64,000 nt of DNA from positions 6,326,001 through 6,390,000 of the forward strand of contig CM119371.1 of assembly GCA_051294905.1 (NCBI GenBank), read 5' to 3'. Position 1 is the stretch's first letter. Each line of letters starts with the position of its first letter. This document shows, piece after piece, positions 24,680 through 38,270 of the stretch. The position numbers and the translations under genes were made by a program. This DNA is from Botryllus schlosseri. Its lineage: Eukaryota. The notes under the pieces were generated by a model. The model ran no database searches and had not been told where the DNA came from. It worked only from the letters and a program-made list of their open reading frames with translations.

Positions 24680-25129
24680 TAGGGTTGTAGCCGAGTCACA
24701 AGTCAATCTCAATTTTATAGTTTTGACTCGAGTCAGGTCGAGTCATTTTCAATTCACCACCGAGTCAAGTCCAAGTCATTGTGTTGACCGCTTAGTTTCC
24801 AGTTAAAGCCTTATTAACCCACTTTTTATACCGCTGTTTGGTGATATTGAATGGTTCTCATTCATAATATAGCCTACTAATTCCTGGTTGCATTTTCGAA
24901 TACAAGTACCAATAGACGAATTCCCAATAATGTGGTCACTTTACTATACTTCAAAATTGCAATGAAATGTTGGTCTCGACCGTCTCGAGTCATATGACTT
25001 GGTTCGAGTCATGCGCAATGACTCGAGTCCAAGTCGAGTCAATACACCGATTGACTCGAGTCGAGTCAAGTCAAGTCATCAGAAAATCGTGACACGAGTC
25101 GAGTCATGACGCGAGTCATTACAACCCTG
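24680..25129 (-). mobile_element. Same GACTC-rich MITE family, copy 2, inverted
   Basis: TAGGGTTGTAG / TTACAACCCTG; perfect TSD CTACGACT; body is the reverse complement of copy 1. Confidence 0.9.
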
Positions 25130-25336
25130 CTACGACTACATGCAATAAGTCTCAACATTTCGACTATGTCCAGTCCACTTTTTGAAACTACTCACCCCAG
25201 TAGCCTACTTTTTCAAACTTCACTTTCTACTTATACTTGAAAGGTAGTTTGATGTCTTGTAAATCGCTATTGATACTTAAGTACTAACTACGACTACTCT
25301 GACCATCTTTGTTTGGAAGTGACCACCTACAATAAC

Positions 25337-26044
25337 TAGGGCTGGCCACAATGATTTGAGTACTTGAATCTGAATTGAGTATCAATTCCAATGATTCGAG
25401 TCGAGTAAGAGAAAGTAAGTTTCGAGTACAAATATAGAATCGAAATTCTAATTCTCAGTAAAGTATTATATATTTTCAGTATTCGAAACTATATAATACT
25501 TTACCGAGAATTGGAATTTCGATTCTATATATCACTGTGAGGCCTTAAAACCGTGTGTGATGACCTTTATTTCACAGAGTAACCAAGGCTTTTATTAACT
25601 GAAAACGAGCACTATACGCAACACAGCTAGGCCAGTAACTATAACGTACCAAGAAATGACAAATTAGAAGCGAGACAATATATAGAGGAAAAGACAGGTA
25701 ATCACGTAATAATTGATTTAACTAAATGTAAAGGACGAGACAATTGCGCACAAGAATTCACCACACCGTGATTGGTCGAATCGCAGAATACGAAACACGT
25801 AGGACATAGCTACGCACGTTCGTGTAAATGACACATGTGTTGTCACATAGTACAATGAGCTAGGTATGATCGAAAATTCACCAAGCAATCTTCGATGTGA
25901 TGTAGAACTGGAAATTTTGTCTTTGAAGTTGCATACAACTTATCATCATTCATACTGTTGTGACGTCATAATGAGATAATCGAATCGAAGCTAAATACTC
26001 GATTCAGCATCGAATCACCGGGTACTCGATTTTGCCTAGCCCTA
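25337..26044. mobile_element. TAGGGCTGG-family MITE containing an internal hairpin
   Basis: Ends match those of 5656-6168; flanks ACAATAAC / ATAACAAC; inverted duplication at 25432-25530. Confidence 0.75.
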
Positions 26045-26277
26045 ATAACAACTCGCTAAAAGTATGTAATACCTCCAATAAATATAGTTTTTGAAACTTC
26101 TTATATACAACTTGTGTAGGCCTACTTTTCAGAACTTTCCTGTTTCTTTAAAGTGATTTTCACAAGCCTTGTGAATCGCTAATTATACTGGAGTAGATGT
26201 TAACAGCGTTGCTACTACTTCTACTCAAGTGCAAACAATGATTGCTTTGATCACCCACCAACTATTGAGTATGCAAC

Positions 26278-26441
26278 GGTCTGTGGACATACGGGCATGC
26301 GACACATGAGCATGCGAGTTAAATTACGGGTTAGGGTTAGTTTTGGGGTTATGAAGTCACATACTGAAGTGACGCATGCTAAAGTGTTCCATGCTTAACT
26401 GTCGTTTTCCATTGTGTCGCATGCTCATATGTCGGGCAATC
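26278..26441. mobile_element. 164-bp TIR element with 9-bp TSD (MULE-like) and a TTAGGG-like core
   Basis: TSD GTATGCAAC on both sides; GCATGCGACAC / GTGTCGCATGC inverted pair; GGGTTAGGGTTAG inside. Confidence 0.7.
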
Positions 26442-26645
26442 GTATGCAACACATCGACCAAATCTACTTTTCAAAAGTAATTACTAGAGCATATTTCAGA
26501 ACTTCATTCTCGACTTCCATTTCAAATAGATTTGACACACCTTGTAACTTGTTACATCTACGTGTGTATAATAAATTCATGACATTACTTCAACTTCAGT
26601 ACAAAAGATGATTACTGTGACCACCTCTGGTTTCCATGATTGTGT

Positions 26646-26883
26646 TCAACGTTTTACCTTCGATTGCTTTCTGAGTTTTTCCCGAGCATGGCGCAGCACC
26701 AATTTTGTAGAGTAAAAGCAACGCTTGTTCTAGGTGGCAGTAGTTCTAGATGGCATTCTTTGTACAGCCTGCTTGACGTTGTTGCCATCAATTGAAGACA
26801 TTGTCGATCTAGAAATTTTACATGATTAGAGTAGGTTTAGTGAAGGCATTTGTCAAGAACTCAAGGCAGGTATCCATGACATC
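26646..26883 (-). pseudogene. Degenerate exon resembling PLK polo-box 2 and C-terminus
   Basis: Strong acceptor TTTTTGTTTTTTAACAG. STMSSIDGNN...RCFYSTKLVLRHAREKLRK resembles VTYIDEKR...GCCKELASRLRYARTMVDKL. Contains stops and a frameshift. Confidence 0.35.
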
Positions 26884-26955
26884 CTGTTAAAAAACAAAAA
26901 CAATGGTGTACAAGCTTGGCACATGAGTACTCGAATCTAAATCGAGTATTAATTC

Positions 26956-27357
26956 AATTACCAATGCACTCGGGCCATGGTGAATTCGGCCCATTGAACT
27001 CAGCCTACGGTAAACTCGGCCTTCGGTGAACTCGGCCTAAACCTAAGCCCCTCCAACCCTAATCTTGGGATACACCAAATTCACCATGTGCGATCTGATC
27101 CTTGATGTTCTGCACTCTTCTTCAACATTATACAGCTCCGTACGCCTAATAGAACATTTTATACATCCGACATACGATACCGTCCCCCCAGAGGGAATAA
27201 CATTCACACGACATATCCACCACCACCAATTCGTCAATCGCCATTGCCTTCAATTAATAATACAATTCACGACATTTATAATAATTTGTATTGACAAAGT
27301 CATCATGGGCCCAGTTCACCGAAGACCGAGTTCAATGGGTCGAGTTCACTGGTCACC
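26956..27357. mobile_element. TIR element with GAACTCGGCC subterminal repeats, nested in a TAGGGCTGG-family MITE
   Basis: TSD ATTAATTC (26948-26955 / 27358-27365); right end GAGTTCACTGGTCACC; CCTAAACCTAA and AACCCTAA motifs inside. Confidence 0.7.
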
Positions 27358-29146
27358 ATTAATTCTATTGATTTAAGCGAAGTAGATGACTTTTTCAAGT
27401 AGGCCTTCTGAAATTATACGCTCTTTGCCACCAAGAGTACAGTTATCAATAAACTTATAATTTTGATACCATTTTCCAATGTGGAAGTAGCATACAAAAT
27501 ACGTAGTACAAAGCTAGTCACTTTAGTGGAAATGACATATCTGTGAAGTCATGATTAACCCAATGATGCATAGTCACAAAGTGCAATGAAATAGGTATCG
27601 GGCGAAAATACACCAAATTATCTGTAATTTAGTCTGATGTAAAACTTGCATGGCATCATTGTATGTTCTTAGAGAAAACATAAAAGATACGTTTTCAACC
27701 TTCCATAATACTCATACTGTTATGAGTATAACATGATGAGTGATTATCGAATACTTGACACTTAACACCAGATTCAGTATCAATCACTCTTCACTCAGGT
27801 GCTCGATTTTGCCAAGCCCTACTAATCAGAACAGAAGTGATGCGGCCAAGCTGAGATATTTATAGAAATCATGCATACCAGATCAGCGTCACTGTGAATT
27901 ATGGCACACTTGGATTCAACGAAACATCGATATAATATCAAAATATCATGCAGCAATTTTGAGCACCACTGGCAAAATCCTGATCGGGAACCACCGTCAC
28001 AGAGTCTATTTGCGCATCATTTATGACACTTTTTTCGGGCTAATAAATCGCTGATCAATGAAAATGAACAATCATAAATCATCACTCCAACTTACATGAT
28101 TCAACTTCTTAATCCATAGACAATGCACGACTGCGATGCGTTGCTCCAAAGTTGAAAAGTACTATATAACATTGCCTGTTCCATAATTAGACTCCTGCTA
28201 AAAATGAAGCAATGTTGTATACGCAGACCCAGGTATGCCCCTGCCTCATCCGCATGAAGAATCCATTGATAATAAGGGTCAATAGTGTGCTTTCTTATTC
28301 AAGACAACATGACTATCAGCAAAGCAATCAGTCTTCCCTAAGGCCCATCTACTTTGTGAATGTCGCTGTAATGTAGGCAATGTTAATATATTTTGTGAAT
28401 GTTGGCACAATGTCTCCGTGCAATATAGGCCTACTTATTGGAAGGTAATGGGCGAAATATCTAAAGATCAATGTCAACTCAAGGTCCAAGAAGAAGTGAG
28501 AATTCAAATGGAATAATTATCTACTTTCACCAATTTTAAACTTTCATAATATATGACGAGGAACGTGCAAGATATCCAATGAGCTAAATGCGACTATAAT
28601 TTTTGCGACTACTATTTCTTACCAGGGATTTCAAGATATCGTATAGCTAAGTTATATGTATATAAATTATAAGTTATCGTTATATTGCAAGTTATAAGTA
28701 AGCATTTTAAGTATGTTGCACGGCGACATTGCCGACATTGCGACAACCCGTCTTCCCCATGAACATGTTAAAATCCATGTAGTTTATAATTGGTTTAGCG
28801 TTGGGGTATCATTAAATTAGGCTGAGGTTAAAGTTGGGGTAAATATAATGATTGTTCCTAGAATACCCTAACATTAAACTAATAATAAAGCCATACATTT
28901 TGACATGTTCACCGAAAGCCTCGACTAGTATCAATGGTTTTAATGTTGTTGTGGACACAACACAAAATTACGACAAATACGAGAATATACATATGCGGGA
29001 GTATGTCAGTCAATGGGATGCTAATATTCATTAGCATAGGCGCAACTATAGTTTTCAGCCACAAATTCAGCAATCTCACATTCCGTAAAGGAACATCCTA
29101 TAATACACTTTCAAATTATGTAGCTATATAAACCTAACCACTGGCT

Positions 29147-29283
29147 ATAATACATCCATCAATGCTGCAGGGTTTGCTGCATGGATCTTGCAGTCTTTGG
29201 AAATTCATGTCAAACTTTTCATAGTATATACCGTACACATCAAACAGTAAGTTGGATATTACAACAACATGAAACCCACTGTG
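29147..29283 (-). pseudogene. Degenerate exon resembling PLK polo-box 1
   Basis: Acceptor ATTTGCAG, then TVGFMLL*YPTYCLMCTVYTMKSLT*ISKDCK, compared with [28 protein letters not shown]. Confidence 0.35.
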
Positions 29284-29824
29284 CTGCAAATCGAACTTCA
29301 ATGATTACATATAATTAAATATTATCATGATCATGCTCATCGCTAGTATTACAAGTACTGCATAAGTTTTAGTGATGAGCGGATAGTGCTTTTCGAGACT
29401 CCGAATCCCTCCGACAACTTTAGTGTCTGCGGAAAACTCCCTCCGACTCCGAAGAGCTCAATCCTAGACTCCGAGATACTCCGATGGATCTCGTCAAGTA
29501 TCCGAAACAGTGCCAAGCATGGTACACTTGGTCATTGCGTTTTACTAAATTAATGTGATAATATGGTTGGCCTCATAGTATTGTCTACTCTCCGGTCCCC
29601 AATTTCAGTGCAGATGGCTGATTTTTATGCACTTGGCAATCATTTTTGCGTGTTGTTTCTCCCAGTTTCATAATTTGGTTACGGCTTATGATTAGTGCCT
29701 GAAATTTGTTTCTCACTGCCTGAATCAGTTTCAATGAACATTTCTTTGTGGTAATTTGCGCTGGGTCTGTTGTTCAGAGACGTTTGATGCGGATATTCAA
29801 ATCTTTGTATCACAGTGTGATGAG

Positions 29825-30220
29825 TAGGGCAAGTTTGCAACTTTTGCAACTTATTTTTACAGCTTCCGGCAGCTTCCTAAATACTCCTAAGATATGTAGA
29901 ATGCTGTTTTAAGCTGTTTGAAGGAATCTTATGGTGCAACTTTTTGCAACTGTCCATTTTTTTCATGCAACTCTTTGCAACATTTTGCAATTTTTTCGAT
30001 TATTCATAAAAGTATTTTCTATTCTGGTGATATACACGGCCAAATTCGACTGAAACACCGTAAATCAGCACCGAAGTACGGGTATTTCGGTAGCTGATAC
30101 GGTAAATTGACATTTTTTTAGTCAACTGAGCAAAATGTGTTTTTTTAGTGCAACTTTTGTCAAAAATAAATAAATGAAAGTAACTTTTCGCGGATTTAAC
30201 TGCAGCAAAAACTTGCCCTG
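29825..30220. mobile_element. hAT-type MITE with TTGCAAC subterminal repeats
   Basis: TAGGGCAAGT / ACTTGCCCTG with perfect TSD GTGATGAG. Confidence 0.9.
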
Positions 30221-31350
30221 GTGATGAGCTAATGCTATAGTTTATTTCACCTACATTTTAAGCTTCGTGTGCATTATCCTTTGTCATATTTTCTGGTAAT
30301 TAGCAGTCTGCGCATATGGTTTACAATTTCGTTTCAAATTGTAATGTTGTGGTCATTCTGTAAATATGTGTTTCTTGCTGCCATCCATTTCATGCAATTT
30401 GTCGACATTTTCACTTTATCATGAGATTTCAATTACCGTAGCTCATATTTAATCATGGAACTACAATAAGATGCTCCTTATAGTCGGACATGATATTCTT
30501 CCAGGTTTTTGCTAGTAGTATCTCCTAATTACAGCAGTATGCAGAATCTTACAATTTACAAAGAAGACGTGAAATGGATCCCGTATGATTTGTGATACAG
30601 GTGATAAGCACATAATTGATTGCTATCCTTTGTGATAATGTGATTATAAACAGTCACATATTATTTTGTATTCTGTTTCGCTTTGAAATCTATTGAATGT
30701 CTGATAAATTCTGTGTGTATTTCTGTGATACACTCGCTGCATCTTGTCAACAATTTCATTCCTACATAAATCATTAGCCATATCAATGGAAGTACCCAGA
30801 GCTACCGACATTACAGACACTGCTTGCGAGAGCTCGAATATAGCTGCAGACTCTACGGAAAATCACTTTTGGTTGGTTGTTTCACCTCTGGCCCAGCAGA
30901 CCAGATATTTGTGGTTTGATTCGTGACGGTTGCTTCTCCGAGAACTCAGCAGCTGTAGAGCAAAACCAATGTCACTCCCTAGCCAATATGATTGGGTAAG
31001 GAATGATATTCTGCGTGAAACTTGTGATGAATAATTGTACTGACAACATAGCATTAATCATCTGTGGCAATCCGACACCATGGAGGCACATAATGGCCTA
31101 AAATCGTCATTCACTTTTACTTTGATTTTATCAAAATTGCGGGCTACATAGAATGCCCTTTTGATAGAAGTGTGCAGGGCACTATGAAACATTGCGCAAT
31201 AGTAGGACTGTAATGATTTTTGGCTGTCTGTAAATTGCATCACCTAAACCAGTGGTTCTCGACTGCCAGTCCCCAGACTTGTGCCTCTTTGTGTTAAATA
31301 TCCAGTCGGCTGAACATATATATATTTCTGTCTTCGTAATCGGAAAATGT

Positions 31351-31588
31351 GAGAGGTGGTAGTCTTGTTCAGAAATAGAACACCGCTTTCTTTTTATCCG
31401 TCATCACAGCCCTGCAATTAATGCACCGATCTGTTTGAAATCACCCAGAAACACGTTTATTTAGAGAGGTGGGAGTCTTGTTCATTAATTACGGAACTAG
31501 AACATCGCCTACTTTTTTATCCGTCGTCACAGCGCAGCAATTGACGTAACCGATCTGTTTGAAATCACCCAGAAACAGGTTTATTTAG
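31351..31588. repeat. Diverged tandem duplication, ~113-125-bp unit x2
   Basis: GAGAGGTGG...GAAATCACCCAGAAACA.GTTTATTTAG starts at 31351 and again at 31464. Confidence 0.8.
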
Positions 31589-32425
31589 AAAAAACATCAC
31601 TCTATTTTCAGGCATGCTGGGTACGGGGTGATGTCTGATTATGGTTCAGTGTCGAAATTGGCCCCGTACATACTGTTATTTGGAAAAATGGCCGCAATGT
31701 CGATTTCAGATTGTATAAATTTTGCTGGTCGAAATCGACCATACTTTGGTGTTCAAAGTTGTTAGGCAACCTGTCAATTTCATCAATATGCGAGTGAAGT
31801 TATTTCCGGAACAGCCTTATTGTAACAGTCGTCACGAGGGGATTATTCATCCACCAATGTCTCATTGTTATTGAAGCGAATAAAATCAAGTAGTTGCGAT
31901 TTTGGCCGTCGGTTGTTTTGTCAACTTGTAAAGATCATACAGACAGCTTGTTATTTCTAGAAACAATGTGTTTCCGAACTTCATCCTTTACATCTGAAAA
32001 TAATTAATTGTGTTTTGTGCTGGTCAAGTTAAGCAACTCTGTAACTTGATGAATCAATCCTTTTTCCGCCAGCTTGACCGTGTCACCGGCTGGTGTGACC
32101 TGCGATACCAACCAATCATTTTACAATTTTGATGCCTGCTTTTACCCAGCCTACATTGTTTTGTCACAAATTAACTGAACATAAGCGATGTGACTCAACC
32201 GTACGTAGTCGTAGAATACCGTAGTAGACAGACCCCATACCCCGATTTTTATTTCAAATTTCAAATATTGTGCAACCGTCATCTACCATGTGCAAATATC
32301 AACTGTAGGCTATTAATGCAAGATCATCAAAATGACTTTTCCAGAAAATAGCATCATACCATTGATGTACAATTGCTACAGGAGAAATGTGTAGCTCGAA
32401 ACGAGCCAAGCCTACTGCACAGAGT

Positions 32426-33715
32426 CTGTGCGCGTAGCCAGACGAAAAATATGCGAGGGGTTTGAAATGAAGAGGGCGGGGTTTCGATTTTTATAGCATC
32501 AATTCGGTTATGTTTAAATATTAGCGAAAATCAATCAATTATGTACGGCAGTACGCACGTACATGTTTGAGGTCGTTTACGGACATTCGATGTCATTCAG
32601 TTTAGCGATGTCACTCATTAATCACAATCGCAAATCCGCATACAATCCATCGAGAGATAGGAGCCAAAGCATGCTCGGCCTGAGACGCGATCGTTAGGCT
32701 AGCGATGATATCTTTCGTATCAGGCATATTGCGGATGCGATTGTTGTGTAATCCAACGATGATATGGTGCGGGACAGGCAAAGCAGATGCGATTGTGCAG
32801 GTGGTGGTATAGTTCGCACCGGACCTATTGCAGATGCGCTTCTTCAAGCCAGTAGAACTAGGCTTGTTACAGACGTGATCAATCAGGCTAGCAACGATTG
32901 CCGAGCGCGCGCCAATCGATGACTTAATTTCGCAATCATCTCAGCGACATCGATTCTCGTTAGTTTTTGCCGTGCTGGGTGCAATCGTTGCTAGCCCGAT
33001 TTATCACGTCACTAACAACCCTAGTTCTACTGGCTTGAAAAACCGCATATGCAATAGGCCCGGCCGCGCGCAAGCCTGGCTTGGCTGTGTTAAAGGATTT
33101 TAGCAAAAAAATGTTAGCGTAGGTTGAAGAATGCCGTTTGAATACAGTGTTCTTCAGATAACCTGTTTCTATCTCTTTGCTCTTTGTTGATATTAAGCCG
33201 TCAAATTCTAGATCAAAGTTGCGTTGCCGTGTATCGGTGAATGCATGAGATTAAGCATCCAATTGTTGAAGCATAGACCTAATAGAGTTCTAGATTTGAG
33301 TAGATCGCGGACCACGCAACAAATATGAATTACGCGTCGCCAGTGAGGTGAATACTGCAATAAATCCGATATTATTAATATTGATTACGCGCGTTCGGAA
33401 AAGCGACGCGACGAGTTGTAGCTACACTGTGACTGTGACTACATTATACGATATAACGAGTAACGACCTTGTCTCCCTTGCACGCACATGAAAAAAGCCC
33501 TCTCTCGTCTACTGTGCACACGAGAGAAGACGCAAGAAAAAAGCCATCCTATGTATCGGTCATATCATTGCGCAAGAGCGTGCTACAAATTAGCTAGTGC
33601 TACCGACCGACGAAATATTGAAATGATCGAGAGGGGTTTCGCGTAAATAGAAGGGGTTTCGCGTTGCAATAGTCGGGGGTTCCGACCCCCGAACCCCCCC
33701 TCTGGCTCGCGCCTG
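32426..33715. mobile_element. Non-autonomous TIR element inserted in a duplicated intronic segment
   Basis: GCGCGTAGCCAG... / ...CTGGCTCGCGCCTG ends with GGGGTTTC subterminal motifs. The flanks join up contiguously in the paralogous segment at ~41995-42060. Confidence 0.6.
32819..33063. mobile_element. MITE / foldback with ~83-bp inverted arms
   Basis: CCTATTGCAGATGCG..TTCAAGCCAGTAGAACTAGG..GCTAGCAACGATTGC, with its reverse complement at 32981-33063. Confidence 0.8.
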
Positions 33716-34159
33716 CCACAGACATTTGTCATTCTTGAGCATATGAGAATGGATTCTGATTTGATATCAACTTAACTTGATTCCATGTTCAAAGGTTTCA
33801 CGAAATCAACTATTATAAAAACTGTGTAACTTGTATTCTAATCTAATGCGGAAAAAAATTGGGTAGCTATCATTCTGATGTTGATATAAAATTGGGAAAT
33901 AACTGTATAGATATTAAAATTTTGTTCTAATATGGAGATTAACTCTGTATCTGTAATGCTAATTTTAGACTAATTTGGAGAAGCTGAAAATTTTCTAGTT
34001 GCCCAAGTCTGCAAATCTGCGGATCTGATACTTGAATCTATTTCTATCCAATTACAAATCTTAATTGGTTTGAATTCACAAATCCCGATTAACAAACAAT
34101 GTTATGAAAATGTTCGGTGCTATCTGTGATTTCGTTCATATCTGTGATCTTCTCATTAG

Positions 34160-34292
34160 AATGTTAGAAATCGACTCCTGTAAAGGAAGTGCTCGCGATC
34201 AAGTATTTCAACGGCTGCATTCCTCAGAAACTGCCCATAACCTGCATGACGATGGCGCCTAGAATTTCGGAAAGCCAACTACAGTTTCAGCG
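34160..34292 (+). pseudogene. PLK1-like pseudo-exon (end of kinase domain), copy A
   Basis: YFNGCIPQKLPITCMTMAPRISES matches PLK1 [23 protein letters not shown]. Internally deleted, donor lost; paralogous to 42540-42706. Confidence 0.8.
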
Positions 34293-34869
34293 CTGAGTTT
34301 TTTCGTAAGTCTTTACAAAATCGAGTACCTGATTTATTGGATTCTGAATCGAGTATTACGTTACGAGTCGTGTGCTCGAGTCTCATCATAACTAGAGCCC
34401 GACACGACATTTATCTTATTTTTGAGCCAATACCGATAAGTAGCACCTTCACCGACAACCTCGATATATTCGACCTATATTGAAACAATATGGACACTAG
34501 CTTAAGACATATTTCCAGGCCTTCATAGTATTTATTTGAACCACTTTGCGGGCGTTGCTATACTTGGACATGAAATAAACTAGAAAGAATGCAACTGAAC
34601 GCATTTAAGCAGAGTCAGTCCGTAACAGTAGTACTTCTACTTGTACAGAATACTCATAAGGATTTGCCTGTGGCTTCACTATTATTAGTAGTGATGATTC
34701 TGAGACGGCTGCAAGAACATCACACAACGGAAACCGGTATCACGATTCACGACAAACGAAGACTTCTGTTTTCTTGTTGATCGGCAACAAAAATATTTTT
34801 ACATACACGATTAGAATTCCACATACTCATTTTTAAAATCCACAACTAAAGCTAGTATCTGAATTTCAG

Positions 34870-35014
34870 GCATTGCTTGTGAAGTAACAAAAGACAAAAT
34901 GTGTCAAGAGATCAGTCTCCATCGCAGTTTGAATCACAAGCACGTCGTTGGATTTCACGGATTTTTCAAGACAAGTATTTCATCTACATTGTTCTCGAGT
35001 TGTGAAAAAGAAGG
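34870..35014 (+). pseudogene. PLK1-like pseudo-exon (kinase subdomains III-V)
   Basis: [53 protein letters not shown], compared with PLK1 [42 protein letters not shown]. Two stops and two frameshifts. Confidence 0.9.
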
Positions 35015-36138
35015 GTAAAAGTATTTCCTCATTACAAATGTAATGTACATCTAACTGCGCCGGTCGAAAATGCATTAGATGCGTAATGCTCATGACTAGC
35101 ATACTTGGACAACCAGGTCATTATTGTTCTATAATAGATTTGGCTAAATAGGGCGAAGTACTTGTAATGTAATTCCAATCTAATTAGTCAACTAATTCTA
35201 TACTGTCTTTTTAAAGCTGGTGTATTTTCTGGTTTTCCTGCAAATGCTACAGGAGAACTCTATAGTTTGAAACAAGTCAAGATTGGTGACCACTCATTTA
35301 CTATTCTCATACTTATGATAATCAAGTTCGAATTGATATGAACTGAACTTGATTTTTCTTCCCAACTAAGTAATTGTAATTCTAATCTAATTTGGAAAAT
35401 GTGTTTAATATAATTCAAACTCTAATCTAGTTTGGATAATGTGATCCTTTTCTAGTGACACAACTGTGATCACTAAGGCTAGGCACAATGATTTGATGAC
35501 TCAAATCTGAATTTAGTATCAATTCTGATCATTTGAGTCGAGTAGTAGGAAATGATTGTTTCAAGTACTGACAATATACGCTCCATGCCTCAAAATGGAA
35601 AAATTATATTAACTATAAGCTGCACTTAACTAATGGGAATTATACTTTCGATAATATTTCTCACTGTGAAAATCTGTAAACCAGGATTGGTCGTATCGCA
35701 TCATGTAGCACAAAACTACTCATGTTACTGAAAATGACATATCTGTGAAGTCGTGATCAACCAAAAGTGCCATCCCATAGTGCTGATTGTGATGAATAGG
35801 TATGGTCATAAAAGTGCAAAATAATCTTTATAATGTGATGGGAATCGGCATTATATTCTTTGTGGTGTTGCTGTGACGTTGACATGAGTGACTCAAACTC
35901 ATTACTCGATTCAGAATCAAATCACTCAGCTTAGCCAGCCCTAGCTCTATTACACGTTCAGTATCAAAAAGCAAGTAATAAATGAACTTTATAGTTTGGA
36001 AGGTGCACCGGTCTGCAAAGACTGTTGTAAAATTTGACCAGCCTCAGAAAGGTTGAGAACCACTGATTTAGGTGTGTCCAACAAATTATACTTTTTTCTC
36101 ATTCTAGCAAACTAATTACCAGTGATTTTTGTTTCCAG

Positions 36139-36264
36139 TCGCTGATGGAAGTTTTCACAAGAAGACGTTCCATCACAGAACCAGAGACCCGTTATCGCAC
36201 GCAACGGATTCTGCTTCGAGTTGTTTATTGCCGCAATTGTAAAATCATTCACAGAGATATCAAG
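36139..36264 (+). pseudogene. PLK1-like exon (subdomain VIa to HRD); frame open, splice sites intact
   Basis: TTTCCAG|SLMEVFTRRRSITEPETRYRTQRILLRVVYCRNCKIIHRDIK|GTAACA, compared with [42 protein letters not shown]. Confidence 0.9.
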
Positions 36265-36707
36265 GTAACATTGTATGCAGTCGTGCGTTCGTAAATATTC
36301 TTCGAAAATTATGTCATGAACCAGAGCCGACCGATCATTGGTTTGTCAATTTGGGGATAGAACTATGCACATTATGATATGTACCACTAACGTAAAATGA
36401 TTGATGGCGCTGCAAGCTCTTGAAAGCGGACTTGGACCAACTACTGGATTTTCAACATGCGCAACAAGAATTAGACCTGCTCACTTTTCCAAATTCCCTA
36501 CATAACCAACGGACATTGAAAATCCGCTACTAACTAACTAATACGCAACTCAATAATGGCTGTTTGGTTATTAAATTACAAATGCGCTGAGAAATATCGA
36601 AGAATTGCTATCTCAAATTGACGGGGGTTCGAGTTTGAAACGGGATTGGTTTCGACCCTCAATCCTCAGCCCTGCCTATACCACTGTTTGGCGTGATCAC
36701 TCTGGGC

Positions 36708-37203
36708 CAGGGTTGTAATGACTCAAGTCATGACACGACTGGAGTCAGACTCAGTCACGTTTATTTGGTGACTCGACTTGACTCGAGTCATATGACTCAT
36801 GTCTATGACTGTCACTGTAACTGTAACTTTGAAGAATAGTTGAGTCACGACATGATTGGTATTTCGCATATCAGTCCTGATGCTTTGAAAATAGGCCAGA
36901 AACTGTTAGAACTGAGGAAAATAACGATATTTTGAATGCGAGTCAATCTATATCACTCAAGGAGAGTTGGAAAAAGTGAATTGAACCAGATTGGACTGAT
37001 AACTGAACAGTGAACATAATGACTTGGACTCAAGCTCAAGCTCAAGTCAAAACATTATGACTGAAACTCGACTCTGTACTAGCTAACTTGAATTAGGGCT
37101 TGACTCTGTGGTGAATTGAAAATGACTCGATTTGACTCGAGTCAAAACTGTAAAAGTGAGATTGACTTGTGACTCAAAACTTTGTGACTTGGTTACAGCC
37201 CTG
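36708..37203 (+). mobile_element. GACTC-rich MITE family, copy 3
   Basis: CAGGGTTGTAA / TTACAGCCCTG; TSD CTCTGGGC / CTCTGAGC. Confidence 0.85.
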
Positions 37204-37285
37204 CTCTGAGCTAGCAAAGGCTGCAATGATATCATGCAACAGAACGACGGTATCATGACGACATACGTTTTCTAGTTGTGGACGG

Positions 37286-38270
37286 TAGGGATGGTGTTAA
37301 CCTCTGAAAGGTTCAGGTTCGTGTGAACGCGAACCTTTTTGAAAGGTTCTGTGTGAATGCGAACGTGAACCTCATGACGTCACGTGACGCTATATTGCTA
37401 ATTCCAAGTCTACATTTCAGAGAAGTTAGAGCCTATTTTAATGTACACTGTACAGTTTTACACGATATCTAGCGACGACTCGGGCCACATAATGTCACAA
37501 TGCTAAAGTACATATTGACGTTTTAAAAATCGCAAAATGTATCAACTGATATAATAATCCTATAAAATCAATATCTTTCGTCGCTTTGCCGACAATTTCG
37601 TCAAGGGCTTGCAAGGGAATATAAGCTTACGCCTTAACGATAGGCCAGACGTGACAATGTATTCGGCGTGTGAGTATTGCTACGTTGATATTGAGCAGAC
37701 TGTACTTGCTACCGATCTTATTTTAACAAGTTATACATCTGTAGCCAACACCCCAATCGCATGGATTTGGTTTTTATGATACAATAAACATAGGAAATCA
37801 AAATTGACCCCGTACGCCTGTTATATTTCTTACATCAGACAATGATATCAATTTCATTGATTGGTTGAATAAGCATCCTTCGCTGACTACCTAAATGTAG
37901 TGTATTTCGCTCTTGATGTTGTGTGATTGCGGGTCAACCTCGCGGCAGAGAGTCACTAAATATTCACAAACGGAAAGCTGTATATTTCGAGCAAACTTTT
38001 GTAACGAAGCAGATAAAAATTTTGAGATTGTCGAGGTGCATTCCCGTTTAGTGTTGCTTCTTTTATGCTGCCAGCGCCATGCATAGTGTGGTTCGCAGTT
38101 GAAATGCAATAAATTTCAACCAAAGATGTTATAATGAAGTGAAAATTGTAATATATCAAAAAGGTTCACAGTGCAGAACCTACAGAGGTTCGTTTGTGAA
38201 CGTTAACCTCTAAATTTCTGAGGTTCACACACGGAACGCGAACGTGAACCTCGCGTTCACACCATCCCTA
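37286..38270. mobile_element. hAT-type non-autonomous element with GTGAAC/GTTCAC subterminal repeats
   Basis: TAGGGATGGTGT / ACACCATCCCTA; TSD GTGGACGG / GTAGACGG. Confidence 0.85.

Noticed and set aside
27850..28560. Further minus-strand kinase or polo-box-like peptides (IIHSD, VLFN, RYFAHY)
   Set aside because: Matches are too short and mutually inconsistent to support without an HMM.
29370..31250. Decayed transposase after a TAGTGATG..ACTCCG left end
   Set aside because: No recognisable transposase motif in manual translation and no matching right end.
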